Shown: positions 17,715 through 27,633, counted from the first letter of the stretch. The stretch is 32,000 bases of DNA from an archaeon (GCA_024277355.1 JAJRVL010000011.1:30001-62000), one strand, 5' to 3'. Translations and numbers: made by a program. Notes: generated from the sequence alone by a model not told the origin.

Positions 17715-18270
17715 GAGAAAATGCTCGGCTGAGCAAAGCGAATGCCGTGCACCGTCACACCCGAGCGGAATCGGGTCGCGAGCGAAATCGCGAGGGCAGT
17801 CAAGTTTAATTGATTTAGTTATTGGGTTTTTTATTTTTGCTTTGATTCTTGCTTCAATTATGGGAACTATAAATAAAAATACAAAAGATTTCACTAGAAA
17901 TTCAGAAATAGATGAAATAAATCATGATTCTTTTTTTTCAGTAAAAGAATTAACTGAAACAAAAGGTTTTCCTGAAAACTGGGAAATATTAGATGAAAAT
18001 TCAGTTGAAAAAATAGGTTTAATTGAAAGGAGAAATACAATAAGTGAAGACAAAGTTGTTGCTTTTTCTAATATGACTTACAGCAAAACAAAAGAACTAC
18101 TTAAAATAGAAGGATATGATTATTATTTTGTATTAAACGGAGTAGATAATATTACTGCAGGAATAAATCCTGTTGGGCAAACAAAATATTCAATTATTAC
18201 TAAAAGAATTGTAAATTATAAAGGAAGTGAAGCTGAAATTGAATTCAGATTATATGAACTCTGGGAATAA
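17701..18270 (+). CDS. Prepilin-like protein with unusually long leader
   Basis: TTG start; ...KSRG|QSSLIDLVIGFFIFALILASIMG resembles class III processing-site context; overlaps the upstream and downstream genes. Confidence 0.65.
   Translation: MKIFKRKCSAEQSECRAPSHPSGIGSRAKSRGQSSLIDLVIGFFIFALILASIMGTINKNTKDFTRNSEIDEINHDSFFSVKELTETKGFPENWEILDENSVEKIGLIERRNTISEDKVVAFSNMTYSKTKELLKIEGYDYYFVLNGVDNITAGINPVGQTKYSIITKRIVNYKGSEAEIEFRLYELWE
17722..17793 (+). repeat. 72-nt GC-rich hairpin-rich element inserted in frame
   Basis: 46 of 72 bases are G/C. Hairpins: GCTC-GGCT-GAGC (17723-17734), CCCGA-GCGGAA-TCGGG (17760-17775), CGCGA-GCGAAA-TCGCG (17777-17792). Confidence 0.65.
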
Positions 18271-20974
18271 AGGATTTACTTTTACTTTAGATTCAATTCT
18301 TGCCTTGCTTATAGTTTCAGGAATAGTTATTTCTTCAGGATTATTTTTTACTGAAGAAAAAACTGAAATTAATTTAAGCCAGGAATTAAATGATTCATTT
18401 AATGCAATGGAAGAAACAGGTTATTTGATTAGTCAAGTGGATACAAATGTTTCTGGTTCAGCACAAAATATTTACAATAAATTAATTGGTTTTTTTCCTG
18501 ACAGAATTGACTTTAATGTAACTGTAAAAGAATTAGACTTAAATAATACAAACTGCAGAGCAACACCAACTTTTAACGGCTGTTTTACTGATTCAAATGA
18601 ATTTACTTTTGGTTCAAGTGTTCCAACAGACAAAACAATTTTTTATGGAAAAAAATTAATAATAAAAAAACAACCTCCAGGAGAATGCGATACAAATATG
18701 CTTGGATTAGCAGAATATCCTTTTACATTTTATGAAAAAAACGATATCTTGTTTTTTGCGGGATCTGGAGATTTAAATTTTGTTTTTGATGTAAATGTAA
18801 CTCCTTCAACTGAAATTGAATGCGACCAGAACATTACAATAGATTTAAGTGCAGCATTTCCTCCGGGTTATAGAAGACCTGTGGACATAATGCTTGTAAT
18901 AGACAAAAGCGGTTCAATGAGCTGGGGGGGAAGATATGATACAAGCAGTGCAAGAGGAATAGATTTAGATGGAAATTATGCATATATTGCAGATTATAGC
19001 AATGGAATAAGAAGTTTTGATATTAGTGTTCCTTTAGTTCCTCAGTATTTGGATAGATATGATACTTACAGAGCATATGATGTTTTTGTTGATGGAAGTG
19101 AAGCTTATTTGGCAGATTATTCATCTGGAATACGGTCAATTGATGTAAGCGATCCAAATAATATGAGTCAGGATGACAGAGTTGATTTATCTGTAAATTA
19201 TTCTTTTGGAATAACAGTTAATGGAAATTATGCTTTTGCAGGCAATGGTTCAAGAGGAGTTGATTCCTATGACATAAGCAACCCAAACAACATGAATCAA
19301 TTAGACAGATATAATACGCCTGGAACTGCAAGAGGAATTGATGCAAACGGAGACTATGTTTATGTTGCAGATGGAGGAAGAGGATTAAGAGTATTAAATG
19401 CCTCAGATCCAAATGATTTATCTAATGAAGATTCTTTGGATTTAGGAGGATATGCTTATGATGTAAGAAATGTTGGAGATTATGCTTTTGTTGCAAATGG
19501 TTCAAGAGGATTAGATATTTTTGATGTAAGTGATCCTTCAGACATCAGTTCAAGAGGGCGGTATAATACTGCTGGAACTTCTTATGGAATTGATGTTGTT
19601 GGAAATACAGCTTATATTGCTGACGGAGGAGGAGGATTATATTCAATTGATATTAGTGATGTTGACAATCCTTCTTTAATTAAGAGATATGATACTCCTT
19701 ATACTTATTATGATGTAAGAGTGAAAAATGGTTATGCTTTTATTGCAGCAGGAAACATGGGGTTAATTACTTTGGATTTAACTTCAGGAACAAAAATGGA
19801 TGCAGTTCATGCTTCAGCTAATGCTTTTGTTGACTTTAATGAATGGACTGATAATGATCAAATGGGAATTGCAAGTTTTAATACAAGTTCAACTTTGGAT
19901 TCACAATTACTAAAATTAGATGACACAAACAAAACACAATTGAAAAATGATATTAATGCAATAACTCCTGGCGGAGGAACAAACATTGAAGAAGGAATAA
20001 GAGAAGCAACAGATGAATTAATTTCAAGCAGAGCAGATCCTTATGCAATAAAATTTATGGTGTTGCTTTCAGACGGAGTATCAACTTCAGGAGATTCACT
20101 TGATGCAGCACAAGATGCAAATGCAGAAGGAATAACAATTTATACAATTGGATTTGGCGGAGATGTAAGTGAATCAGAACTGCAGAATATTGCTAATGCA
20201 ACTGATGGAAATTATTATTTTGCTTCAGATGCAAATACATTAATAGACATCTATAATATTATTGCAGATAAAATTCAGGCTCAAGCAACTGATTCAAATG
20301 TAACAATTGTTGTTCCAAGTAATGTAACAATAATTAATGACGGAAACGCATCAATAATTGACGGCAATTTAGTTTTTGATTCAGGAAATATTACTCCTGA
20401 TACTCCCTGGCAGGGAAGTTATATCATTAATATTCCTTGTGATTCAAATTTAAGCTGCGACACTGCTTCAATTACTTTTCCCGGCCAAGGAAGCTTTTTG
20501 TCTTATGTTGATGTAAACGGAGTAACACAAACAGTTGACTGGAATAGTTTTACTGTTCCAATTCCATTTAAGAAAAGAGACATTACAGTTGAAATTACTA
20601 GTGGAGAATTGTTATCTGAAACAGATATTTTTATTGATGTAAATGTATCAAATATTGGGGATTTAAATACCGGAACAACAGACTTAAATTTTTATTTAGG
20701 AAATGATTCAATCTGCAGTATTGGAGCAGGAAGAACTCTTTTGTCAAATCATTATTTAGTTCCGGAATTATGCGGAAGCAATGATGAAAACTGTTCTTTT
20801 TCTACAACGCTTTATTTGGATGAATATATGTTAAGTCAGGGAATAATTTGTGCTGAAGTTAATCCTGACAGAAATTTAAAAGAATGTCCAAATAATAATC
20901 TTGATTCAATTCACTGTTATTTAGCTCCAAAAACACAGTTTTATGTAATTGAATACAGAGGATGGATTAAATGA
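18254..20974 (+). CDS. Large surface protein with prepilin-like N-terminus and a VWA domain containing an inserted LVIVD-type beta-propeller
   Basis: MNSGNKGFTFTLDSILALLIVSGIVI N-terminus; VDIMLVIDKSGSMSWG (MIDAS), seven repeats like GIDANGDYVYVADGGRGLRVLNASDPNDLS, then KMDAVHASANAFVDFNEWTDNDQMGIASF. The track start is 18227 (GTG). Confidence 0.8.
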   Translation: MNSGNKGFTFTLDSILALLIVSGIVISSGLFFTEEKTEINLSQELNDSFNAMEETGYLISQVDTNVSGSAQNIYNKLIGFFPDRIDFNVTVKELDLNNTNCRATPTFNGCFTDSNEFTFGSSVPTDKTIFYGKKLIIKKQPPGECDTNMLGLAEYPFTFYEKNDILFFAGSGDLNFVFDVNVTPSTEIECDQNITIDLSAAFPPGYRRPVDIMLVIDKSGSMSWGGRYDTSSARGIDLDGNYAYIADYSNGIRSFDISVPLVPQYLDRYDTYRAYDVFVDGSEAYLADYSSGIRSIDVSDPNNMSQDDRVDLSVNYSFGITVNGNYAFAGNGSRGVDSYDISNPNNMNQLDRYNTPGTARGIDANGDYVYVADGGRGLRVLNASDPNDLSNEDSLDLGGYAYDVRNVGDYAFVANGSRGLDIFDVSDPSDISSRGRYNTAGTSYGIDVVGNTAYIADGGGGLYSIDISDVDNPSLIKRYDTPYTYYDVRVKNGYAFIAAGNMGLITLDLTSGTKMDAVHASANAFVDFNEWTDNDQMGIASFNTSSTLDSQLLKLDDTNKTQLKNDINAITPGGGTNIEEGIREATDELISSRADPYAIKFMVLLSDGVSTSGDSLDAAQDANAEGITIYTIGFGGDVSESELQNIANATDGNYYFASDANTLIDIYNIIADKIQAQATDSNVTIVVPSNVTIINDGNASIIDGNLVFDSGNITPDTPWQGSYIINIPCDSNLSCDTASITFPGQGSFLSYVDVNGVTQTVDWNSFTVPIPFKKRDITVEITSGELLSETDIFIDVNVSNIGDLNTGTTDLNFYLGNDSICSIGAGRTLLSNHYLVPELCGSNDENCSFSTTLYLDEYMLSQGIICAEVNPDRNLKECPNNNLDSIHCYLAPKTQFYVIEYRGWIK

Positions 20975-21930
20975 AAAATAAAGGAATCTTTTTTCTTTTA
21001 ATGGGATTAATTCTTTCTCTTTTAGTTTTGGGTTTTGGATTTAAAATAAACCAGCAGTATCTTGAAGCAGAAAAAAAATCATTTAATTCAAATGCATTAC
21101 AACAAGTTAAAAACAAATACTCAAATATTAATTCAGTTAAAGACTTTTACAGAGAAGGAACAATAAAAACTTATTTTGAAAGAATTGTTCCGATTACTTA
21201 TTCGGTTGATGAAAATACAATAAGCATTACTCAACAGCTTCCGATAAAAAAAGCTTTAGTGCGAAATTTTTTTGATTTTGTTAATGCATTTGAAATTTTC
21301 ACTGAAACAACTGATTCATTAGTTTATGACGGAATAGATGTTGAAATTGAAACTGTTCAAAACAGTTTATGGGGAGGAACAGATGAAAACATTGTTTTAA
21401 TGATTAAACCTCAATGCAAAAAATATTCAATTACAGATTATAATTCAATGCATTTTTATGGTTCAAATGAATGCGACAATGCTTTTGATATCAGTTTAAT
21501 TGAAAGAATTGACATAAATATTACTGTAAGTTCAGATGATGATTTTAACAGATTATCCTGTAATTTCGGAGGCGATTTAGTCTGTTATCAGGAAACTTAT
21601 GTGCCTGCAAACCCAAATCCATTTATTGAAATAAACTTGATTGATTCAGCCTGCCCTAATTGCGATTTAAATTCAGATACAAGAACAATAAAAAAACATT
21701 TTACTCCTACTTCTGCAAACACAGTAATTTTTTCATGTTCAGGAACATGCACTTCTCTTCCAATAGAAATATTATTTAATGAAAATAATACTGAAATAAG
21801 GCATTCAGGAACAACAATAAGTGTTAAAACTGAATTTTTGTTTACAGACAAAATAACTGAATTTGAATTAAATGATTTAAACATAAGTTTAACTGACTCA
21901 AAATTTAGTATAACAAAAACAAATAAGTGA
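20971..21930 (+). CDS. Secreted/minor-pilin-like protein with N-terminal TM
   Basis: MKNKGIFFLLMGLILSLLVLGFGFKINQQYLEAEKK; beta-rich ectodomain with Cys pairs; 4-nt overlap with the preceding gene. Confidence 0.55.
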   Translation: MKNKGIFFLLMGLILSLLVLGFGFKINQQYLEAEKKSFNSNALQQVKNKYSNINSVKDFYREGTIKTYFERIVPITYSVDENTISITQQLPIKKALVRNFFDFVNAFEIFTETTDSLVYDGIDVEIETVQNSLWGGTDENIVLMIKPQCKKYSITDYNSMHFYGSNECDNAFDISLIERIDINITVSSDDDFNRLSCNFGGDLVCYQETYVPANPNPFIEINLIDSACPNCDLNSDTRTIKKHFTPTSANTVIFSCSGTCTSLPIEILFNENNTEIRHSGTTISVKTEFLFTDKITEFELNDLNISLTDSKFSITKTNK

Positions 21931-21934
21931 AAAA

Positions 21935-22996
21935 ATGAATGCCATGAATTTAATTTCAATAATTGCTTCAATAGCAATAATAATTGCAGTGTTTTTTGTC
22001 GCTAATGAAAACATTGTTAATTTTGAAAACACAAAAACACAAATAGAAATTCAATCAAAAGAAAACTTTGAACAAGGAGAAAATGCAGAATTTATAATAA
22101 ACATAGAAAGCGGAAAAGAAATAACAAAAATAATTTATATTTCTCCCACAAAAAGAGAAGAAAAAAATTGCGGAAAAAAAACATGCGTTTTGACTTTTAA
22201 GGAAATATTTACAGAAAAAGGAGTTTTTTTTATTGAAATAAAAGTTGAAATAGGAAAAGAAACATTCAGTGAAAAAAAGAAAGTTTATGTAAATGCCGCA
22301 GGAAAAAAATGTTCTGATGGAACTGCTTTTGGGTTATGCTCTTTAAACAAACCACAATACTGCAATAACGGCAAACTTGAATATAACTGTGAAAAATGCG
22401 GATGTGAACAAGGAGAATGCATTAATAATAAATGCAGTTATTCAGGAACAACTGAAATTACAGGAATTTCACTTGAAAGAACATTTTTTGAGCCAAATCA
22501 GGAAGTGAAAATTAATTTAAATTCAAAAGAAAATAGTTTAGTTAATGTTGTAATTGAATGGAAAAAAGACAATAAAACAGAAAAAACAGAAACAAAAAAT
22601 ACTTCATTAAATTATGTTCTGTCAGTTTCTCCGCCAAAAGAAGGAGTATATGAATTAAACTTAGTTTTTGAAGAAAAAGTTTTTTCAGTTGAAAACATAA
22701 CAATAAGAAATGACTCAACACCCCCAAAAACACCTGAAGGAATTATTGCAAGCAAAAGAAACGGAAAAATACTTATTGCATGGAATCCAAATACTGAAGC
22801 TGATTTAATGGAATACAGAATTTACAGGAGTAAAGAAGATAATCAGGCGTTTACAACTTATACTATGGCAGAAACTGCATCAAAAAATGAAACCGGGAAA
22901 GAACTTGAAATATGGTCAACAAATTATTTTTACATTACTTCAGTTGACTATTACGGCAATACATCAAAGCCAAGTGCAATAATTGAAGCAACGTGA
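21935..22996 (+). CDS. Membrane-anchored protein with Cys-rich segment and fibronectin type III-like domain
   Basis: N-terminal TM; CSDGTAFGLCSLNKPQYCNNGKLEYNCEKCGCEQGECINNKC; PKTPEGIIASKRNGKILIAWNPNTEADLMEYRIYRS (FN3-like). Confidence 0.65.
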   Translation: MNAMNLISIIASIAIIIAVFFVANENIVNFENTKTQIEIQSKENFEQGENAEFIINIESGKEITKIIYISPTKREEKNCGKKTCVLTFKEIFTEKGVFFIEIKVEIGKETFSEKKKVYVNAAGKKCSDGTAFGLCSLNKPQYCNNGKLEYNCEKCGCEQGECINNKCSYSGTTEITGISLERTFFEPNQEVKINLNSKENSLVNVVIEWKKDNKTEKTETKNTSLNYVLSVSPPKEGVYELNLVFEEKVFSVENITIRNDSTPPKTPEGIIASKRNGKILIAWNPNTEADLMEYRIYRSKEDNQAFTTYTMAETASKNETGKELEIWSTNYFYITSVDYYGNTSKPSAIIEAT

Positions 22997-23042
22997 AAAT
23001 TAAAAAGAATAAATAACTAAATATAACAACAGGTAATTAAAA

Positions 23043-24809
23043 ATGGAAAAAGAACAGCAGAAAAAAAATTTATTAATAAGCAAAATGCTTGAAGCAAAAA
23101 GAATAGAATTAGGAATCATAGAAAACCAGTTATTATACAAACTAAAAATTTTATTTAAAAAACCTGAAAAAACTAAAAGCCAAAAAATAAATGAACTAAA
23201 AAAAAGTCTTGAAAAAAAAGAAACAGACGAACTTGAATTAATGCTTGTTGAAAAAGAACACGCATTAATAAAACTTGAAACAACAGTAAAAGAAAAAAAA
23301 GACAAAGAAAAATTAAAAGAAGTAATAAAACTAGTTGAAAAAATAAAAAACAGTGAAGGCGAAAGAGGCAAAATAGGAATGGAAATAGGCTTAAAAAGAA
23401 AAGAAATAAAAGAACTCAAAAAAGAAGTAGAACAGAAATTAAAAGATATAACCAGAGAAAAAACTATTCTGACTCCAAAAAAGAAAAAAATTAAGAAAAC
23501 AGAAATAAAAAAAGGAAAAAAAACTAAAAAGAAAAAAGAAAAGAATTCTTCAACTCTTCTAAAAAAAAGAAAAAAAGAAAAAGTTTCAGGTTCATCCAGA
23601 AAATTAAAGAAAAAAACTAAAATAGAAATGAAAAAACCAAAAATTTCTTTTTCTTCACCTGAAGAAGAATTAAAAGCAAAAAGAGAACAAGAAGTAAAAG
23701 AAAAAAGGAAAAAAGCCATGGCTGCATTTCATCAGAATTTTACTTCAGGAAACGAAACTTTAATTAACATTAAAGGAAACGCTCAAATAGTTTCAGGAAC
23801 AAGAGGCACAGGAACAACAGGAATAAACAATAAAGAAACAGCAAAACAAACTGAATATGCTGAAAGCAGAAAAAATGAAGAACTTGAATTTGACATACAG
23901 AAAACAAAAGAAAAAATAAAGAACTTAAAATCCGCTTTTTTCCACAGACAAATAAATGAAGAAACATACAAGAAAAAACAGTTTGAATACCAAGAAGAAT
24001 TAAGCTCACTTGAAATGGAAAAAAAAAGGCCAAAAAAAAGAAGTTTTGCTCCTGTTCAAAAAACAGAATCTGTTTCAGCTTATGCAGGATTAAAAACAGT
24101 TCAGGATGAAAGCGTTCAGTTTGCAACAAAACACACTCAAAAAAGCAGAGCAAAAGTAAAAAATGCATTAAAGAGATTTAAAAAAGAATTTAATGCAGGT
24201 TCAAAAACAAAAGCCAATTTAGATTCCGAAGAAAAAACACGTGTTAAAACTGAACCAGAAGAAATAAAACCAACCGGAATAATAAAAAGACTTGCTCCTG
24301 GAACAAGCCAGGAAAAAGAAATGGAAATGGAAAAAAAGCTTTATAGGGTAATGCAAAAAAATCAGATTGACCAAAGCAGGATTAGAAGAGAATTTGAATT
24401 TGTTTCAGCTAAAGATTTAATGAAAAGGTTTGACAAAATACTTGATGTAATTGACAACAAGTATTCTCAAACAGAAAAACCTGCAGAAAAAGAAGAAAAG
24501 CCATTTGAAGAAGGATTGTATGTAACAAACAAACAAACTTCCCAAAAAACAGGAGAAATAAGAGACATAAAAGAAAAAATAATAGTAACTGATTTTGACA
24601 GATTACTTGAATTAGTAAATAAAAAAGGAAAAGTAAACGAAAAAGAAGCAGAAAAAACACTTAAATTAAGTCCAGAAAGAATAAAAGAATGTTATACTGT
24701 ATTAGAAAAGAATGACTTAATTAGAATAGAATACCCTATGTTTGGAGGAACACAAATTTTTTCAAAAAATTTTGTTGAACCAAAAAAAATTAAAAAGAAA
24801 AAAAAGTGA
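23043..24809 (+). CDS. Highly charged coiled-coil protein with C-terminal winged-helix-like region
   Basis: 588 aa Lys/Glu-rich; C-terminal DRLLELVNKKGKVNEKEAEKTLKLSPERIKECYTVLEKNDLIRIEYPMFGGTQIF resembles a wHTH. Its stop lies 2 nt before the start of the secretion ATPase. Confidence 0.6.
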   Translation: MEKEQQKKNLLISKMLEAKRIELGIIENQLLYKLKILFKKPEKTKSQKINELKKSLEKKETDELELMLVEKEHALIKLETTVKEKKDKEKLKEVIKLVEKIKNSEGERGKIGMEIGLKRKEIKELKKEVEQKLKDITREKTILTPKKKKIKKTEIKKGKKTKKKKEKNSSTLLKKRKKEKVSGSSRKLKKKTKIEMKKPKISFSSPEEELKAKREQEVKEKRKKAMAAFHQNFTSGNETLINIKGNAQIVSGTRGTGTTGINNKETAKQTEYAESRKNEELEFDIQKTKEKIKNLKSAFFHRQINEETYKKKQFEYQEELSSLEMEKKRPKKRSFAPVQKTESVSAYAGLKTVQDESVQFATKHTQKSRAKVKNALKRFKKEFNAGSKTKANLDSEEKTRVKTEPEEIKPTGIIKRLAPGTSQEKEMEMEKKLYRVMQKNQIDQSRIRREFEFVSAKDLMKRFDKILDVIDNKYSQTEKPAEKEEKPFEEGLYVTNKQTSQKTGEIRDIKEKIIVTDFDRLLELVNKKGKVNEKEAEKTLKLSPERIKECYTVLEKNDLIRIEYPMFGGTQIFSKNFVEPKKIKKKKK

Positions 24810-24813
24810 TTAA

Positions 24814-26334
24814 ATGAAAGAAAAAGTTTTAGAAACATATAAAGTAAAATCAATTGAAACAGAAATAGAAGTAAATATTATTGAAAGAGAAAAAGAAGTA
24901 GTAAGAATTTATTTTTTAAATTTTCCTGAATTTGGAGCAGGAACAAAAGCCGTATTAAAAAATTTAAAAAGAAGCATTATAACTGATTCAACAATTCAGG
25001 CAGAAAAAATGATGGATCCTAATTTTGTTGATTCACTTAAAAGAAAATTTCAGGGAAGAGCAGAAAAAATACTTGAAAAAGAACTTCCAAATATAGCTGA
25101 AGGCTCAAAAAGTTTGTTAATAGGATTATTATTAGAAGAAATGCTTGGATTAGGCAAATTAGAGTTTTTATTAAATGACGGAAACATTGAAGAAATAGTT
25201 GTAAATACTGCAACTGAACCAGTATGGATTTATCATAAAGGATATGGCTGGCTGAAAACAAATGTTTTTATTACTCCTGAAAAAGAAATACAAAATTATG
25301 CAAGTATTATTGCAAGAAGAATTGGAAAACAAATTACAATATTAAATCCTTTGCTTGATGCACATTTAATTACAGGAGACAGAGCTAATGCAACTTTATT
25401 TCCTATTTCAAGCAAAGGAAACACTATTACAATAAGGCGTTTTAGAAGAGAACCATACACTATAACTGATTTTGTTGAAAACCGAACACTTAACACCGAT
25501 ATAATGGCTTTAGTATGGCTTGCAATGGAATATGAATTAAACATTATTTTTTCAGGAGGAACAGGTTCAGGAAAAACCACTTCATTAAATGTTTGTCTGC
25601 CTTTTATTCAGCCAAACCAAAGAATTTTAAGTATAGAGGACACAAGAGAACTTTCACTTCCAGAATATCTCCACTGGGTTCCATTAACTACAAGAGAACC
25701 AAACACTGAAGGAAAAGGCGAAGTAACAATGCTTAATTTATTAGTTAACTCTTTAAGAATGCGTCCAGACAGGCTGATTGTAGGAGAAATCAGAAGGCAA
25801 AGAGAAGCAGAAGTATTATTTGAAGCAATGCATACAGGACATTCAGCTTACACTACTTTTCACGCTAACACAGCAGAAGAAACAATCAGAAGATTAGTTA
25901 ATCCTCCAATTGAAATTCCAAAAACAATGCTTGATTCAGTTCACTTAAATATAGTAATGTTTAGAAACAGAAGATTAAATGTAAGAAGAGTGCTTCAGGT
26001 AGCTGAATATGTAACTGAAAGAAGAGGAGACACAGAAGAAGTAAAAGCAAATATTTTATATCGATGGAAAGGAGCAACAGATACAATAGAAAAACATTCT
26101 GAAAGCATTAGATTATTTGATGAATTAGGATTACATACAGGTTTAAGCAAACAGGAAATGAACAATGAATTAAAAACAAAAAAGAAAATTCTTGACTGGA
26201 TTACATCAAACAAAATTCGTTCAATACAGCATGTTGGAAGGATAATGGCAGATTATTATATGAATAAAGACAACATAATTGAATTAGCAGAAAAAAACAA
26301 AAAACCAGATTATATTTTTGAGGAGAAAAAATGA
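24814..26334 (+). CDS. Type II/IV secretion system ATPase (FlaI/TadA/GspE-like)
   Basis: Walker A IIFSGGTGSGKTTSLN, SIEDTRELSLP, RMRPDRLIVGEIRRQREAEVLFEAMHTGHSAYTTFHANTAEETIRRL. Confidence 0.93.
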   Translation: MKEKVLETYKVKSIETEIEVNIIEREKEVVRIYFLNFPEFGAGTKAVLKNLKRSIITDSTIQAEKMMDPNFVDSLKRKFQGRAEKILEKELPNIAEGSKSLLIGLLLEEMLGLGKLEFLLNDGNIEEIVVNTATEPVWIYHKGYGWLKTNVFITPEKEIQNYASIIARRIGKQITILNPLLDAHLITGDRANATLFPISSKGNTITIRRFRREPYTITDFVENRTLNTDIMALVWLAMEYELNIIFSGGTGSGKTTSLNVCLPFIQPNQRILSIEDTRELSLPEYLHWVPLTTREPNTEGKGEVTMLNLLVNSLRMRPDRLIVGEIRRQREAEVLFEAMHTGHSAYTTFHANTAEETIRRLVNPPIEIPKTMLDSVHLNIVMFRNRRLNVRRVLQVAEYVTERRGDTEEVKANILYRWKGATDTIEKHSESIRLFDELGLHTGLSKQEMNNELKTKKKILDWITSNKIRSIQHVGRIMADYYMNKDNIIELAEKNKKPDYIFEEKK

Positions 26335-27224
26335 TTGATAAAAGTGAAATAATTCCTTTCAATATTCTTCCAGTTCCATTAATAAAAAAACTTTCAATGA
26401 AATTTTATGGTACAGGAACAAAATTATCAAAATTTTTTCCTGATTTAAAATTAGAGTTAGCTCAGGCAGAATTAGCTTACAGCGAAAAAGAATACAGTGC
26501 AATAATCATTACAATGGCAGTAATTTACGGTGTTATTGGATTAATAATTGGATTATTGTTTGGTTTCAGGCTTTTTCCTGATGGATTTATTTTAGTTGGG
26601 TTAGGCGGAGGAGCATTAGTTGGTTTTTTTGTAATGTTTCAGGTTGCTTTTTATCCAAAAATAAAAGGAAAAAAGAAAATAAGAGAAATTGAAAGAAATT
26701 TAATTTTTGCTTTAAGGACAATGAGTGTAGAAATAAAATCAGGAGTTTCATTATTTGATTCACTTAATATTATAGCACAAGGAGATTATGGTGCTTTATC
26801 AATTGAATTTGGCAAAGCAGTAAAAGAAATTGAAACAGGAACAATGGAAGAAAATGCATTAGAAAAAATTGCAAGATATAATCCTTCATTGTTTTTCAGA
26901 AGAAGTATATGGCAGATAATTAATGGAATGAAAGCAGGAGCAGATGTAAGTTCAGTAATGGAAGAATTAGTTGCAACAATGATAAGAGAAGAAAAATTAC
27001 AGATAACAAGATACGGTAATTCAATGAAATTACTTTCATTAATGTACATGATGTTAGGTGTAATAATTCCTTCTTTAGGAATAACTTTTTTGATTATATT
27101 ATCTTCTTTTCCTCAAATGCAGTTAGGAGAATTATTATTCTGGATGTTATTAGGAGTTATTATTGTAGGTGAATTTATGTATTTAGGAATATTAAAATCA
27201 AAAACACCAAATTTAATGGGATAA
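26331..27224 (+). CDS. TadC/FlaJ-like (T2SF-domain) membrane protein 1
   Basis: NLIFALRTMSVEIKSGVSLFDSLNIIAQGDYGALSIEFGKAVKEIETGTMEENALEKIA; TM helices; ATGA overlap with the ATPase gene. Confidence 0.85.
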   Translation: MIDKSEIIPFNILPVPLIKKLSMKFYGTGTKLSKFFPDLKLELAQAELAYSEKEYSAIIITMAVIYGVIGLIIGLLFGFRLFPDGFILVGLGGGALVGFFVMFQVAFYPKIKGKKKIREIERNLIFALRTMSVEIKSGVSLFDSLNIIAQGDYGALSIEFGKAVKEIETGTMEENALEKIARYNPSLFFRRSIWQIINGMKAGADVSSVMEELVATMIREEKLQITRYGNSMKLLSLMYMMLGVIIPSLGITFLIILSSFPQMQLGELLFWMLLGVIIVGEFMYLGILKSKTPNLMG

Positions 27225-27225
27225 A

Positions 27226-27621
27226 ATGTATGAAAAAATTAGTTCAATGATTCCAAGAAATGTCTTAAAGGCATTTAAAAACGAATTAACATATGCAGGA
27301 ATAGACTTAGATGAAAAAAACTTTGTTGGTTTTGTGTTTGTTTTTGGTTTTGCAACAGCAATTGCAGCAGGATTTGCTTTAAATTTCTTTTTTTCACTTC
27401 ATTTTTTTATTGGATTTATTACAGGATTTATTTTAACTGTAGGGGGAATTTATTACCTGCTTAATCAGGCAGGAGACAGCAAAGCAAGATTTGTAGAAAA
27501 AATTCTGCCTGACGCACTTCAATTAATTGCTTCAAACATGAAGTCAGGATTAACAACAGAAAAAGCATTATTGGTTTCATCAAGACCTGAATTTGGTGCA
27601 TTAGCAATAGAATTAAAATAA
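27226..27621 (+). CDS. TadC/FlaJ-like membrane protein 2, N-terminal part
   Basis: LQLIASNMKSGLTTEKALLVSSRPEFGALAIELK-stop; continues in the same frame in the 27634 ORF. Confidence 0.75.
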   Translation: MYEKISSMIPRNVLKAFKNELTYAGIDLDEKNFVGFVFVFGFATAIAAGFALNFFFSLHFFIGFITGFILTVGGIYYLLNQAGDSKARFVEKILPDALQLIASNMKSGLTTEKALLVSSRPEFGALAIELK

Positions 27622-27633
27622 GCAAGCAAAAAA

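Noticed and set aside
17583-17894. 103-aa minus ORF covering the GC-rich element
   Set aside because: Opposite the overlapping pilin genes with no domain; likely a by-product of the GC-rich insert lacking stop codons.
23000-23719. 239-aa minus-strand ORF (MAFFLFSFTSC...)
   Set aside because: Antisense of the Lys-rich 588-aa protein; Phe/Ser/Leu richness is the expected complement of AAA/GAA codons.
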